This document shows positions 1 through 9,886 of a stretch of DNA of 64,000 nucleotides, piece after piece (position 1 is the first letter of the stretch; each line of letters opens with the position of its first letter). The notes under the pieces are model-generated. The model worked only from the letters and a program-made list of their open reading frames with translations. It did no database searches and had not been told where the DNA came from. A program made the position numbers and the translations under genes. The stretch is from Candidatus Caldarchaeum sp. (GTDB lineage Archaea > Thermoproteota > Nitrososphaeria_A > Caldarchaeales > Caldarchaeaceae): contig JAVYLK010000002.1 in assembly GCA_038740895.1 (NCBI GenBank), forward strand, positions 29,842 through 93,841, written 5' to 3'.

Positions 1-141
1 CTCCAACAACTCCAGGATCTTGGGTTTCTGAGGCTCAGCATCAAGAGCGAGGGAGCCAAGGGGAGGAAGACATACGTCTACCTTCCAGGCATACCTGTCC
101 AGCTTCTCGAGAGGGAGTTGTTGAAGGACATCAGCCGCTAG
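1..141 (+). CDS. 3' end of a CDS running in from upstream (partial); possibly a winged-helix C-terminus (Orc1/Cdc6-like?)
   Basis: Frame 1 is open from base 1 to TAG at 139-141: ...LQDLGFLRLSIKSEGAKGRKTYVYLPGIPVQLLERELLKDISR*. It looks protein-like and overlaps the rfcL stop by 11 nt, convergently. Family assignment is a guess. Confidence 0.3.
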   Translation, partial: LQQLQDLGFLRLSIKSEGAKGRKTYVYLPGIPVQLLERELLKDISR

Positions 142-1363
142 CCCTCCTCCTTCTCCTCCCCGCCTCGCCTCCTCGGAGAAATGCGGCCTCCTCTTCAGTA
201 AAGCCGAAAAACTTAACCAACCCTTCTCCGCCCTCTGTCATCAAAACCTTTATGAACGGGAGCATCTCTGTCCGTGCCTTCTTTCTCGACATGTGAAGGC
301 TTGAGCCAATCTTCGTGCAAACCCTCTCAATCAATTCTCTCTCAGCCCTTGTCTGGCCTAGGTATCTCACTCTGCTGGGGAAGCTGAACCTAACGAACTT
401 ACCGGTGGGATGCTTTCTCGACACAGCTACTCCAGCCGTCATCAGAGGTATTGCATACCTGAGGAGATGCCAAGACTGCGTGGCGTTTATTCGCTGAAGG
501 AAGAGGTCGGCTTTGGAAAGGTTCTCCAAGGCTTCGACAAGGTCTTGCGGGGATAATTGTTCGGGGGCGTTGTCAAGCACCCATGTGAAGAAGTCGGCCG
601 GGTCCATGTCCAAGCCGCCCAAGGCCTCCACGGCGTCTGAATAGCTTTTAGAGTGGTAGACCCTAGCCAAGGCTTCGAAGACCTCCACCCTCCTATCTCT
701 AAAACCCGGCTCCATGCTAACGCCTCCGGCCGCTGCCAGAAGCTGCAAGTCGTTGATAGCCGAACGAAGGTCTCCTCCGGAGCTATCGGCCACAGATTTT
801 ATAACCTCCTCAGACAGCCTTAGCTTCTCAGCCATGGCTATCCTCCTCAAATGGGCTGCGATGCTCGGCTTGGGAATCCTCCTGAACTGTATAAGGAGCG
901 ATTTTTCACGGAGAGGAGCAAGCCTTGGGTTCCAAGGGTCGTTGGCCACGAGCACGACCGGGACCATGGTCTCGTCTATTATCTGAACTAGTGCAGACAC
1001 AGCTCCAGCGTCCTGTCTTGTGTCTATTCCATCTACCTCGTCGACTAGGATTATTTTGTTCTTTGCCATAGTTATCGAAGCTTGGGAGGAGGCCGCCCCA
1101 ACAACACGTTCCAAGTTATCTTTGGTCCTGAAGTCGCTGGCGTTCATCTCTATCACCTCCCATCCATTTTCTCTTGCGAAGGCGTGGACGAGAGAAGTCT
1201 TGCCCACTCCAGCCGGGCCGTAAAGCATGACAGCTTTCTTGGCCGGTCTCTTCTTCAGCCACCCCTCAACCCAGTTCAAAAACTCGAAAACTGCTTCCTT
1301 GTTCCCAACAATCTCGGAGACCTTCGACGGCCTGTGTTTCTCGGTCCAAGGCAGGCTTGTCAT
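131..1363 (-). CDS. rfcL: Replication factor C, large subunit
   Basis: N-terminus PWTEKHRPSKVSEIVGNKEA, Walker A LYGPAGVGKTS and DEVD box. Start overlaps the rfcS stop by 4 nt. Confidence 0.9.
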   Translation of the reverse strand: MTSLPWTEKHRPSKVSEIVGNKEAVFEFLNWVEGWLKKRPAKKAVMLYGPAGVGKTSLVHAFARENGWEVIEMNASDFRTKDNLERVVGAASSQASITMAKNKIILVDEVDGIDTRQDAGAVSALVQIIDETMVPVVLVANDPWNPRLAPLREKSLLIQFRRIPKPSIAAHLRRIAMAEKLRLSEEVIKSVADSSGGDLRSAINDLQLLAAAGGVSMEPGFRDRRVEVFEALARVYHSKSYSDAVEALGGLDMDPADFFTWVLDNAPEQLSPQDLVEALENLSKADLFLQRINATQSWHLLRYAIPLMTAGVAVSRKHPTGKFVRFSFPSRVRYLGQTRAERELIERVCTKIGSSLHMSRKKARTEMLPFIKVLMTEGGEGLVKFFGFTEEEAAFLRGGEAGRRRRRASG

Positions 1364-2331
1364 GCCCTTTTCATGAGAGTAAGCCTCGCTAGGAAGGCTA
1401 GCAGCTGTACCTCAGGCGTGCCACCCTCGGATATACGGTAGTCTGTCTCCCCCAAAAACTCGACTAGACGCACCTTGTCTGCTTCAGAGACTTGCAGCAT
1501 CGGTATCTCCCTCGACAACGAAGAGACCAAGTCTTGAGGTTGATGGCCCTGAACGTATATCAGGTCTCTAAGTACTTCACGGGCTTCGAGGAACTTACCG
1601 TCCAAAGCCAGCTCGAGCATCCGTCTCACTTCTCCCCTGCTGACCAAGCCCATCACTTGGTAGACGGTTTTTTCACCCACTTTCTTGGACAGCGCTGAAG
1701 CCGACTGGAGTATGTTGATGGCCTTCCTCATGTCGCCCAGCGAGAAGTCGAATATTGCCTTGACGGCTTCTTCGTCCAGCTGAAAATTCTCTGCCTCCGC
1801 TATCTTTTTCAGCATCTTGCTGACGCTCTCCAGCGAAAGCGGCCTGAACCGTAAGACCGCGCACCTAGACTGGATCGGTTCGATTATCCTGTTGCTGTAG
1901 TTGGCTGCGAGTATGAACCTGCATGTTGTGGAGAACTGCTCCATCGTTCTCCTGAAAGCGTGCTGGGCTGCGTCTGTTAGTTGGTCGCTTTCATCCAGCA
2001 GGAGGATTCGAAACTCCACACCGCTCATGGGCACGGTTCTGGCGAAAGTCTTAACCCGTTCTCTAATCGTCTCGATTCCTCTCTCGTCGGAGGTGTTGAT
2101 CTCCATGAACAACCCGTCCTCGATGTACCTCGGCCCGAAGAGTTCACGGGCGAATGCGTGGGCTGTGGCTGTTTTGCCCGTCCCTGGAGGGCCTGTGAAC
2201 AGCATGTGGGGAACGTTTTTGGATGCCACGACATTCTTCAACGCAGCGACAACCTCGTCTTGGTTGACTACATCGTCGAGCGTCATGGGCCTGTATTTCT
2301 CAACCCACGGAAGATGAGGTATCTTTGTCAA
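1360..2331 (-). CDS. rfcS: Replication factor C, small subunit
   Basis: PWVEKYRPMTLDDVVNQ, FTGPPGTGKT, LLDESD, SRC motif (IQSRCAVLRF). 323 aa, typical length. Confidence 0.93.
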   Translation of the reverse strand: MTKIPHLPWVEKYRPMTLDDVVNQDEVVAALKNVVASKNVPHMLFTGPPGTGKTATAHAFARELFGPRYIEDGLFMEINTSDERGIETIRERVKTFARTVPMSGVEFRILLLDESDQLTDAAQHAFRRTMEQFSTTCRFILAANYSNRIIEPIQSRCAVLRFRPLSLESVSKMLKKIAEAENFQLDEEAVKAIFDFSLGDMRKAINILQSASALSKKVGEKTVYQVMGLVSRGEVRRMLELALDGKFLEAREVLRDLIYVQGHQPQDLVSSLSREIPMLQVSEADKVRLVEFLGETDYRISEGGTPEVQLLAFLARLTLMKRA

Positions 2332-2354
2332 GCTTTTTCCATCTACGCCTCAAG

Positions 2355-3089
2355 TCAAATCTTAAAAATGTTTCTAGCGTTGTCGGAAGTTGTCTCAACC
2401 ACTTTCTCGAAAGGTAGTTTCTTAATGCTGGATATTCTTTCAGCGGATATCCTTATGTTGGCCGGCGTGTTGACCGCTCCCCTCTCGGGCCCTAAAACCG
2501 GCGCGTCGCTCTCTAGAAGCAGGTTTTCCAGCCCTACTCTGCTCACCAGCTTCTGCTTCTGCTCAGACCTTACGACGGACGGAGGTATGGAGAAGAAGTA
2601 GCCTTTCGAAGCTCCCCGTACAGCCTCAGACGCTGAGCCGTCGAAAGCATGCATCACAACTCTTTCCGCCCGAGCCTCGATCAAAACATCTAGGGCGTAC
2701 CGGCCGGCGCTCCGGGAATGAACCACTAGCGGGAGGTCGTGCCTTGCAGCCAGCTCTATGAACTCTCTGAAAACTCTCAGCTGAAGCTCTCGGCTCTCCC
2801 TCGCCCCCCAGTAGTAGTCAAGCCCCACCTCGCCCACGGCAACTATTCTATGCCTGTTGGCCTCGATCAGCTCTACGACTTTTTCGTAGTTGTCAAGCGC
2901 ATAAGGCTCAACGCCCAACGAGGCATGCACGTATCTGTTGTCCGCTATCTCTAAAACCCTCAAACAATCCTCGAAGCCTATGCCAGACGATATGATGGCA
3001 GCAACCTTCGAAGACTTGGCTTCGTCGAGAACCCTGACCAGACTGCTGTAAAGAGGCTCCTCGGTTAGGTGGCAGTGGACGTCTATCAC
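2355..3089 (-). CDS. TatD-family metal-dependent hydrolase/DNase
   Basis: MIDVHCHL start, internal GEVGLDY and HSR motifs, 244 aa. Confidence 0.85.
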   Translation of the reverse strand: MIDVHCHLTEEPLYSSLVRVLDEAKSSKVAAIISSGIGFEDCLRVLEIADNRYVHASLGVEPYALDNYEKVVELIEANRHRIVAVGEVGLDYYWGARESRELQLRVFREFIELAARHDLPLVVHSRSAGRYALDVLIEARAERVVMHAFDGSASEAVRGASKGYFFSIPPSVVRSEQKQKLVSRVGLENLLLESDAPVLGPERGAVNTPANIRISAERISSIKKLPFEKVVETTSDNARNIFKI

Positions 3090-3127
3090 GGAGGTAAAAT
3101 AGAGGCTTTATGATTTATGTTTGACCT

Positions 3128-3436
3128 GTGAAGCTTAGGTGTGTCTGCGGGGCTGAGGTGGAAAACGTCGATGACTTGACTTTCGTCAAGGATGGAGAGG
3201 GGGTTGTTAAAGCTCGATGTAGGAATGAGTTTTGCAGGCTTGGAGAGGTTCTCTCCATCAAGTTCTCTGACAACAGAGCGGAGGTTAGGTTTTCAACGAT
3301 GTTCAGCACTTACAACCTTCTCTTCATGGGAAGCGACCTGCTGGAGAAGAGGCTTGAGTTGTTGTCGAGAAGGGTGTTGGAAGTGGTGACGCACGGAAAA
3401 AGTTTAAAGACACGCATCACATATGGATGGAGATGA
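3128..3436 (+). CDS. Small Cys-containing hypothetical protein
   Basis: GTG start, 102 aa, CVC...C-x4-C pattern (possible Zn ribbon). Ends inside the start of the next gene. No family recognised. Confidence 0.4.
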   Translation: MKLRCVCGAEVENVDDLTFVKDGEGVVKARCRNEFCRLGEVLSIKFSDNRAEVRFSTMFSTYNLLFMGSDLLEKRLELLSRRVLEVVTHGKSLKTRITYGWR

Positions 3437-4089
3437 CATACAGGTACAGGGATGTTGAAATAAATTGGCTCGGCCACGACAGCTACTTGATCAAAACGGA
3501 CAAGACGATTTACATAGACCCGTTCAAAATATCTTCTGGACCGGCGGCCGATTTGGTTTTGATAACTCACGACCATTTCGACCACTTGAGTCTAGACGAC
3601 CTGCAGAAAATCACCACCGACAAGACAGTCATAGTAGCGGCTAGGAACTGCGAACACGAGCTGAGGAAGCTGGGGAGGGGCAGCGTAAAATACGTTTCAC
3701 CCGGCGAGACGGTGAGCATCGGCAACATCAGAGTCAAGGCTGTTCCCGCTTACAACGTCAACAAGTTCCGTGAACCCGGCAAGGTCTTCCATCCCCGTGA
3801 GTACGGCGGGGTGGGCTACGTCGTCTCAGTAGGAGACGTTTCGATCTACCATGCGGGAGACACCGACTTCATACCGGAGATGAAGGAGGTGAAGGCCGAC
3901 GTTGCGCTCCTGCCGGTCAGCGGAACGTATGTAATGACGGCCTCGGAGGCTGTTGAGGCAGCTAACCTGATAAAACCTGCAGTAGCCATACCGATGCATT
4001 ACGGAACCATAGTCGGTTCTGAAAAAGACGCCGAGAATTTCAAAAGCCTTTACAAGGGAGAGACGGTAATCCTGAAGAAGCAGGGCTAG
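3427..4089 (+). CDS. Metallo-beta-lactamase-fold hydrolase (UPF0173-like)
   Basis: LGHDSYLI...ITHDHFDH motif (HxHxDH), later HAGDTD and PMHYGT. 220 aa. Confidence 0.8.
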   Translation: MEMTYRYRDVEINWLGHDSYLIKTDKTIYIDPFKISSGPAADLVLITHDHFDHLSLDDLQKITTDKTVIVAARNCEHELRKLGRGSVKYVSPGETVSIGNIRVKAVPAYNVNKFREPGKVFHPREYGGVGYVVSVGDVSIYHAGDTDFIPEMKEVKADVALLPVSGTYVMTASEAVEAANLIKPAVAIPMHYGTIVGSEKDAENFKSLYKGETVILKKQG

Positions 4090-4092
4090 GGC

Positions 4093-4539
4093 TTGAGCTG
4101 CGAGGAATCCCACGACTACGTCTACCACGGAGCCCTAAACATCTACATGAACACGGAGCTCGTCAAGGTTGTGGAGGCATGGCGTTGCAGAAGATGTGGC
4201 GTGATGCGGGTTGGGCTTCGTGGGCCTGATGTTCTGAGCTCTACAGAGGGCTTGATGCCGGAGCCGTCGACGGGGAAGCACTGGGTTTTAGTGGTTTGCA
4301 AGGCAGGTGAAGAGCCTGTGTTCGAGCTGCACCAGTTGTCGGATGCCGAGAGTTTCAAGCATAGGTGTCCGGCTTTTGAAGGTAGTGAGAGCCTTTACTA
4401 CGTCAGGGGCAGGGGAGTTCTCTACGGCTCAGACGGCCCTCCCGCAGGCCTGCACTATGCTTACGAGCTTGCGAAAACCCTGAGAGGGTACATAGAGCTG
4501 GGTAAAACTCCTCCCGAGGTTGTCAGTTTAATCCGCTGA
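4093..4539 (+). CDS. Hypothetical protein
   Basis: 148-aa ORF with TTG start (ATG alternative at 4147). CRRCG motif, no recognisable family. Convergent with the 4528-5613 operon. Confidence 0.4.
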   Translation: MSCEESHDYVYHGALNIYMNTELVKVVEAWRCRRCGVMRVGLRGPDVLSSTEGLMPEPSTGKHWVLVVCKAGEEPVFELHQLSDAESFKHRCPAFEGSESLYYVRGRGVLYGSDGPPAGLHYAYELAKTLRGYIELGKTPPEVVSLIR

Positions 4540-4950
4540 AAAACCTTCTGGGATTCGTGAAACATGTTCGTGCAGTATCTTCCAGCTTCTCCCAACCCTC
4601 CGCAGAACCATGCTGCACCGCACAGCTGCGTCCACCATCCGGCCCTCAAAAGCATAGTTGTTGACAGCCATGCCTCCGTACCGCATCGTGAAGACCGCTA
4701 GGGCCACATCTCCCATGATAACCACCTGCGGCTCCGTCATCCGGTAATCAAAATCAACCAGCTCGGTCATCAGGCTGAGCTTGAGCTTGAGAGCCTCTTC
4801 CCTGGATTGAAGCCTGAAAGGAGGTAGGTCGCTGAACCTAGTGTAGTCTTGATGATGAAGCTCTTGGAACTCGTCGATCAACCCGTTTCTTGAAAACTCT
4901 AGAGAAAGCTTTATGGTGTTGATGACCTCATCTGTTTCCATCCAGCTCAA
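4528..4950 (-). CDS. NTF2/SnoaL-like (DUF4440-like) small protein
   Basis: 140 aa. C-terminal pattern GDVALAVFTMRYGG...RCSMVLRRVGRSWKILHEHVS is typical of the NTF2-like fold. Last gene of a 3-gene overlapping operon. Confidence 0.5.
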   Translation of the reverse strand: MSWMETDEVINTIKLSLEFSRNGLIDEFQELHHQDYTRFSDLPPFRLQSREEALKLKLSLMTELVDFDYRMTEPQVVIMGDVALAVFTMRYGGMAVNNYAFEGRMVDAAVRCSMVLRRVGRSWKILHEHVSRIPEGFSAD

Positions 4951-5197
4951 CCTCTCCGTGGATGATTTTCTGCTGAAGCTCCAGCTCTAGGGCTGCTATC
5001 TCCTCCTCGGAAACACCGCCCCGTTTTAGATTTTCGACGTCCTCCTCAACTACGGATGCTCTCACGTTAGGCCCGCCTACGCTCTGGTAAACAACTCCCT
5101 CAAACCGGACGCTCATACTCCTCCACACCACACGGCCCCGGAAAACCTTGAAAGGATAATCCCCATCAACACTGTCGACATAGACCTGCTCTATCAT
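4928..5197 (-). CDS. Hypothetical protein (89 aa)
   Basis: ORF overlaps its upstream neighbour by 4 nt and its downstream neighbour by 23 nt. No family recognised. Confidence 0.45.
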   Translation of the reverse strand: MIEQVYVDSVDGDYPFKVFRGRVVWRSMSVRFEGVVYQSVGGPNVRASVVEEDVENLKRGGVSEEEIAALELELQQKIIHGEVELDGNR

Positions 5198-5613
5198 CGT
5201 TTACCTGCCTCAGAGACGGCTCTGAGAAACGTTTCAACAGCTGTTCTTCTGTTGTCGCCGGCCGGCATTCTGCTGGCCCATTCTCTGAGGTGGTTGGTTA
5301 TTCTCCTCATGAAGGCCTCCACGTCCCTGACCTCTCGGAGGGCCGACGCAGGTATGGATGATAGGGGTATTTCCGCCACGGACGTCTGCATGAACGGGCC
5401 GAACTCGTCCCTCGAAACCTTTACCGCCACCACCCTACCTCCCTCAAGCATGTAGGTTATGCCTGCGATGCTGGTTACCTCCAGGCCCCACTCCAGGCCT
5501 GGGGGTGAGAAAGGCAGAAGGGACTCCAGCAGCTTGAGTATGTTGTCGTCGGTGGGCGACTGTTTAGCCTGCTCGTAGGCTTCGGTGAAACGCTGCAAGG
5601 CGTCCATCATCAC
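5194..5613 (-). CDS. Hypothetical protein (139 aa)
   Basis: First gene of the overlapping trio. Protein-like composition, no family recognised. Confidence 0.5.
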   Translation of the reverse strand: MMMDALQRFTEAYEQAKQSPTDDNILKLLESLLPFSPPGLEWGLEVTSIAGITYMLEGGRVVAVKVSRDEFGPFMQTSVAEIPLSSIPASALREVRDVEAFMRRITNHLREWASRMPAGDNRRTAVETFLRAVSEAGKR

Positions 5614-5686
5614 CGTCCCTTAAGACGTTTCTAAAGACCTTTTCTCCTGTAAAAACAAATAGAGAGCCATCGGCGTATGCAGGGCT

Positions 5687-6157
5687 ATGGACAGCGTCGA
5701 GAGAGTGGTGCGGGGGTTCTTCCCGAAGGACTTCACGGACAGAGAGAGAGCTGTCTTCGAGGCGGGCATAGCTCTAGGCTCAATAGTCCACTCGGTCGCG
5801 GGACTTCCAGTCGCCGGGAACGTTAGACGACTTGTGGAAAGGGCGGTCGAGGCTATCTTCCTGCTCCAGCCCTACAGGAGAAGGCTGAAGGTCAGGGTCA
5901 GGCCTCGGGTTAGGAGGAGCGGGCTGTACAGGTACGGCTCGGTTTCTCCTGAGGACTTGGATGTGGAGGTGGAGGTTGGATACGGTCAAGCAGTGGCCAC
6001 TGCGAGGATGAGATACGTCAGACGGATCAAATATCCCCTGATGTACGTGGAGAGAATTAATCGGAGAAGAGACGGCTCCTCTCCTCGTCCATACGCCGGG
6101 ACTCGTAAGGCAAAAGCTCGCCGTAAATCCTCAACTGGTCGCGGGCGACGTCCTTAG
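5687..6157 (+). CDS. mptD: Archaeal-type dihydroneopterin aldolase (MptD/COG2098-like)
   Basis: [20 protein letters not shown] near the N-terminus and [10 protein letters not shown] near residue 120 match my recollection of the MptD family. The last ~33 codons run antisense through the dnaJ 3' end. Confidence 0.6.
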   Translation: MDSVERVVRGFFPKDFTDRERAVFEAGIALGSIVHSVAGLPVAGNVRRLVERAVEAIFLLQPYRRRLKVRVRPRVRRSGLYRYGSVSPEDLDVEVEVGYGQAVATARMRYVRRIKYPLMYVERINRRRDGSSPRPYAGTRKAKARRKSSTGRGRRP

Positions 6158-7169
6158 GGAGGACGAGCTTCAGCCTAACCTCGAGGTCGCCACGCTTTCC
6201 ATTCCTTGTCGGAAGCCCACGACCTCTTAGGATTAGGGGCGTGTCTAAGTTTTCAAGCCTCAGCCTGATTTTCAGCGGGCCGTCGAAGGAGCTGACCTCT
6301 ACTTCTCTGCCTAAGGCGAGCTCGCTGGGGGACACGGGCAGGTGCATCACGAGTCTTTCTCCGTCCAAGCTGAACTGCGTGCCCAGCTTCAGCCTAAAAC
6401 GGATCACGAGGTCTCCTCTTCTCCCAGCAGACTGGTCGTAGAGGCCTTTACCACGTATGACGACTGAGTCGTTGTCTGACACGCCTGCAGGTATTTCGAC
6501 AGCCAGCCTCTCAGTCTTTTCGACTACACCAGCTCCTCTGCAGGCTGAGCAGGCTTTCCTGACAACCATGCCCGAGCCACGGCACTTGCCGCACGTTGTG
6601 ACTGACGTGAAGTACATGAAGCCCGTCTGAACCCTTTCAACCCTCTGACCCGTCCCGTTGCACACACTACATTTTTCAACGTGCCCGGGCTCCCCGCCTG
6701 ACCCGCCGCACCGTCCGCATGTCTGGGTTGTTGTTATGGGTATCTCTCTCCTTCCACCCCGCAAAGCCTCCCTCAAGCTAATCTCGGCGTCGACGTACGT
6801 TGGAGACGGCGTCCTAGGCTTTCTGCCAAAACCGAAGAACCTCTCGAATATCGACTCGAACCCGCCGAGCCCAAGGTCTCTGAACAACTCGTCGAAGTCA
6901 ACCCACGTGGAGCTGAAGAGGTCTTCCTTGCTGTAGGTCTGCGAGACGCCTGCTCTTCCGTACATGTCGTACAGTTTTCTCTTTTCGTCGTCAACTAAGA
7001 CTGCGTAGGCTTCGCTTATCTCTTTAAACTTCTCCTCGGCGTCCGGAGACTTGTTCCGGTCGGGGTGGTACTGGAGGGCTAGTTTCCTGTAGGCTCTCTT
7101 TATCTCCTCCTTGGTCGCGTTCCTCGGAACACCAAGAATTTCGTAGTAGTCTTTCCCGTCAGCTGGCAT
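6057..7169 (-). CDS. dnaJ: Chaperone DnaJ (Hsp40)
   Basis: J domain DYYEILGV...YHPDRN, four CxxCxGxG zinc-finger repeats ([32 protein letters not shown]). Confidence 0.93.
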   Translation of the reverse strand: MPADGKDYYEILGVPRNATKEEIKRAYRKLALQYHPDRNKSPDAEEKFKEISEAYAVLVDDEKRKLYDMYGRAGVSQTYSKEDLFSSTWVDFDELFRDLGLGGFESIFERFFGFGRKPRTPSPTYVDAEISLREALRGGRREIPITTTQTCGRCGGSGGEPGHVEKCSVCNGTGQRVERVQTGFMYFTSVTTCGKCRGSGMVVRKACSACRGAGVVEKTERLAVEIPAGVSDNDSVVIRGKGLYDQSAGRRGDLVIRFRLKLGTQFSLDGERLVMHLPVSPSELALGREVEVSSFDGPLKIRLRLENLDTPLILRGRGLPTRNGKRGDLEVRLKLVLPKDVARDQLRIYGELLPYESRRMDEERSRLFSD

Positions 7170-7171
7170 GG

Positions 7172-8953
7172 CTAGCCCTTGGGCTCCTTACCGGCTCCGC
7201 CCTCACCGTAGACAGCACCGCCTATCTTCTGAGCGGTCTTCTTTAGCTTCTCCAACGCGTCCTTTATCGCCGACACATCCTTTCCAGCCAACGCTTCCCG
7301 GAGCTTCTTGACATGCTCCTCGACCTCCTTCTTAGTTTCGGCGGGAATCTTGTCGCCCAGCTCGCTGACCGCTTTCTCAACGGCGTAGATCACGGCGTCA
7401 GCCTCGTTCCGCAGCTCGGCCTCCTGCTTCTTCCTCCTGTCCTGCTCAGCGAACTGCTCGGCCTCCCTGATCATCCTGTCGATCTCCTCCTTGGACAAAC
7501 GGTGCGGTGCGGTTATCTTGATGCTTACATCCTTGCCCGTCCCCAAGTCCTTGGCCGTGACTGTGAGTATGCCGTCGGCGTTGATGTCGAAGGTGACCTC
7601 AATCTTAGGAACTCCTTTCGGAGCTGGAGGAATTCCTGAGAGCGTGAACCTTCCCAGGGAGACGTTGTCAGCGGCCATCGGTCTCTCGCCCTGCAGGACA
7701 TGGATCTCGACGCTTGTCTGGAAGTCTGCGGCGGTCGTGAATGTCTCGCTTTTGCGTATTGGTATGGTTGTGTTGCGGTCGATTATCTTCGTGAAGATTC
7801 CTCCAAGAGTCTCGACGCCTAGCGATATGGGCACCACGTCCAGCAGGACTATGTCCTTGTCCTTCATCTCGCCGGCCAGTATCGCTGCCTGGATAGCTGC
7901 TCCCATGGCGACGCATTCCATCGGGTCGACTCCTCTCTCAGGCTCCTTGCCCAGCACCTCTTTGATGAATTCCTGCACTATGGGCATGCGTGTCGGCCCT
8001 CCTACGAGTATTATTTTGTCGATCTCCTCTGGCTTGAGCTTGGCGTCTTGCAGGGCTTGGTAGATGGGGTTTCTGCATCTCTCGATGATTGGCCTGACGA
8101 GGTTTTCCAACGTGGCCCTGTTGATGCGCATGTAAAGGTTCTTTGGTCCTGAAGCGTCGTAAGCTATGTACGGCAGGTTTATCTCGGTCTCGGTCAACGA
8201 TGAAAGCTCTATCTTAGCCCTCTCAGCCGCCTCCCTAACACGGTTCATGGCTGAAGAGTCTTTCCTCAGGTCCACCCCCGACTCCCGCCGGTAGCTTTCG
8301 ACTATGTAGTCGACGAGAGCCTTGTCCATGTCTGTTCCACCTAACTGAGTGTCGCCCGACGTCGCCTTGACCTCGAAAACCCCCTGACCAAACTCCATGA
8401 TAGTGACGTCGAGGGTCCCCCCTCCGAGGTCGAAGACCAAGATCTTCATCTCCTGGTCCAGCTTGTTGAGCCCGTACGCCAGCGCCGCAGCAGTAGGCTC
8501 GTTGATAATCCTCACCACCTCAAGCCCAGCTATCGCTCCAGCGTCCTTGGTCGCCTGCCTCTGGTTGTCGTTGAAGTAGGCGGGAACCGTGATGACAGCC
8601 TTTTTGACAGGCTCGCCGAGATAAGCCTCGGCGTCCTTCTTTATCTTTTGAAGAAGGAAGGCAGACAGCTGTTGAGGCGTGAACTCCCTGCCGTGCAGCG
8701 TGAGCTTTTGGTCCGTGCCCATCTTCCTCTTCCAAGCGGTGGTCGTCCCCTCGGGGTTGAGTACGGCCTGTCGCCTGGCAGGCTCGCCGACTATCAGCTC
8801 CCCCTCCTTCGTTATGGCGACGTATGAAGGGAAAGCCTTCCCGTAAAGCGTCACGCCCTCGACGGAGGGAATTATCGTCGGTCTTCCAGCTATCACAACA
8901 GCTGCCGCCGAGTTGCTTGTACCCAAGTCTATGCCTATTATCTTCTCAGCCAT
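7172..8953 (-). CDS. dnaK: Chaperone DnaK (Hsp70)
   Basis: [29 protein letters not shown] signatures. 593 aa. Confidence 0.97.
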   Translation of the reverse strand: MAEKIIGIDLGTSNSAAAVVIAGRPTIIPSVEGVTLYGKAFPSYVAITKEGELIVGEPARRQAVLNPEGTTTAWKRKMGTDQKLTLHGREFTPQQLSAFLLQKIKKDAEAYLGEPVKKAVITVPAYFNDNQRQATKDAGAIAGLEVVRIINEPTAAALAYGLNKLDQEMKILVFDLGGGTLDVTIMEFGQGVFEVKATSGDTQLGGTDMDKALVDYIVESYRRESGVDLRKDSSAMNRVREAAERAKIELSSLTETEINLPYIAYDASGPKNLYMRINRATLENLVRPIIERCRNPIYQALQDAKLKPEEIDKIILVGGPTRMPIVQEFIKEVLGKEPERGVDPMECVAMGAAIQAAILAGEMKDKDIVLLDVVPISLGVETLGGIFTKIIDRNTTIPIRKSETFTTAADFQTSVEIHVLQGERPMAADNVSLGRFTLSGIPPAPKGVPKIEVTFDINADGILTVTAKDLGTGKDVSIKITAPHRLSKEEIDRMIREAEQFAEQDRRKKQEAELRNEADAVIYAVEKAVSELGDKIPAETKKEVEEHVKKLREALAGKDVSAIKDALEKLKKTAQKIGGAVYGEGGAGKEPKG

Positions 8954-9042
8954 GTCTCGAACACCTCTTGAAGTATCCTACTGCATGGCTTTCTAAGCCG
9001 GAATTAAAATCTATAGGATGCGGAAGACGATGAGGGACGGCG

Positions 9043-9510
9043 TCACGGTGGCTTCGGCTTCGCAACCTTGACCTTGGGCGGTTTTAACACCCTGCCGTGG
9101 AGCCTGTAGCCCGGCGAGACTGTTTCGACGACAGTCTCCACGGTTGCCTCGCTGCTTTCAACAAACTCAACCGCTTCGTGGTCGAACGGGTTAAACTCTT
9201 TCCCGACCACGTCCATCCTCTCAACACCCTCCGAGGCAAGTATGTTTCCCAGCTCCTTGAAGAGCATCTTCACAGCCTCGCTGGCAGCAGGGCCGGCCGG
9301 TTCAGCTTCCAAGCCCTTCACGACTCTTTCGAAATCCTCGTAAAGCGGCAGAAGCTTTTTAACAATCCTCTCCACAGCAGCCGACTCGCTCCTCTTTATC
9401 TCGTTCTCCATCAACCGCCGTAGGTTGGCCAGCTCTGCACGTGCATAAATCAGGCTTTCCATCAGCTCCTTCTTCTCAGCCTCCAAGGCCTTCACGACGT
9501 CTTCGGACAT
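9043..9510 (-). CDS. grpE: Nucleotide exchange factor GrpE
   Basis: 155 aa. Coiled-coil N-terminus, C-terminal FNPFDHEAV and GYRLHGRVLKPPKV motifs. Lies upstream of dnaK-dnaJ. Confidence 0.85.
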   Translation of the reverse strand: MSEDVVKALEAEKKELMESLIYARAELANLRRLMENEIKRSESAAVERIVKKLLPLYEDFERVVKGLEAEPAGPAASEAVKMLFKELGNILASEGVERMDVVGKEFNPFDHEAVEFVESSEATVETVVETVSPGYRLHGRVLKPPKVKVAKPKPP

Positions 9511-9569
9511 CCTCGTAGGCTTTGTGAGCGGGTGCTATTTGTGTTTCTGAGGATAGGTTTAAACCATGG

Positions 9570-9875
9570 GTGTTTGAAGTCCGAGACGGGTTGAGTCAGG
9601 AAGACGTCAAAGCTTACACCGTCCCCCTAGACGATGCTTGGAAAGCCTCGAGGCTGAGGAGAGCAGACGCAGCCGTCCGCCTGGTCAGGGAGTTTGTCCA
9701 AAGGCATTCGAAAGCCGAGAATGTCAAGCTTTCGCCCAAAGTAGTCGAGCGTATATGGATGAACGGCAGGCAGAACCCCCCTAGGAGGATAAAGATTGTT
9801 TTGGAAAAAGAAGACGACGAGACTGTCGTTGTTAGGCTCGAGGGTGAGGCGGGGAACGAGGAGGAGCGGGAGTAG
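9570..9875 (+). CDS. rpl31e: 50S ribosomal protein L31e
   Basis: YTVPL...RADAAVRLVREFVQRH...VERIWMNGRQNPPRRIKI pattern, followed by aIF6-pfdA-ftsY as in the conserved archaeal cluster. Confidence 0.85.
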   Translation: MFEVRDGLSQEDVKAYTVPLDDAWKASRLRRADAAVRLVREFVQRHSKAENVKLSPKVVERIWMNGRQNPPRRIKIVLEKEDDETVVVRLEGEAGNEEERE

Positions 9876-9886
9876 GGTAAAACCTT

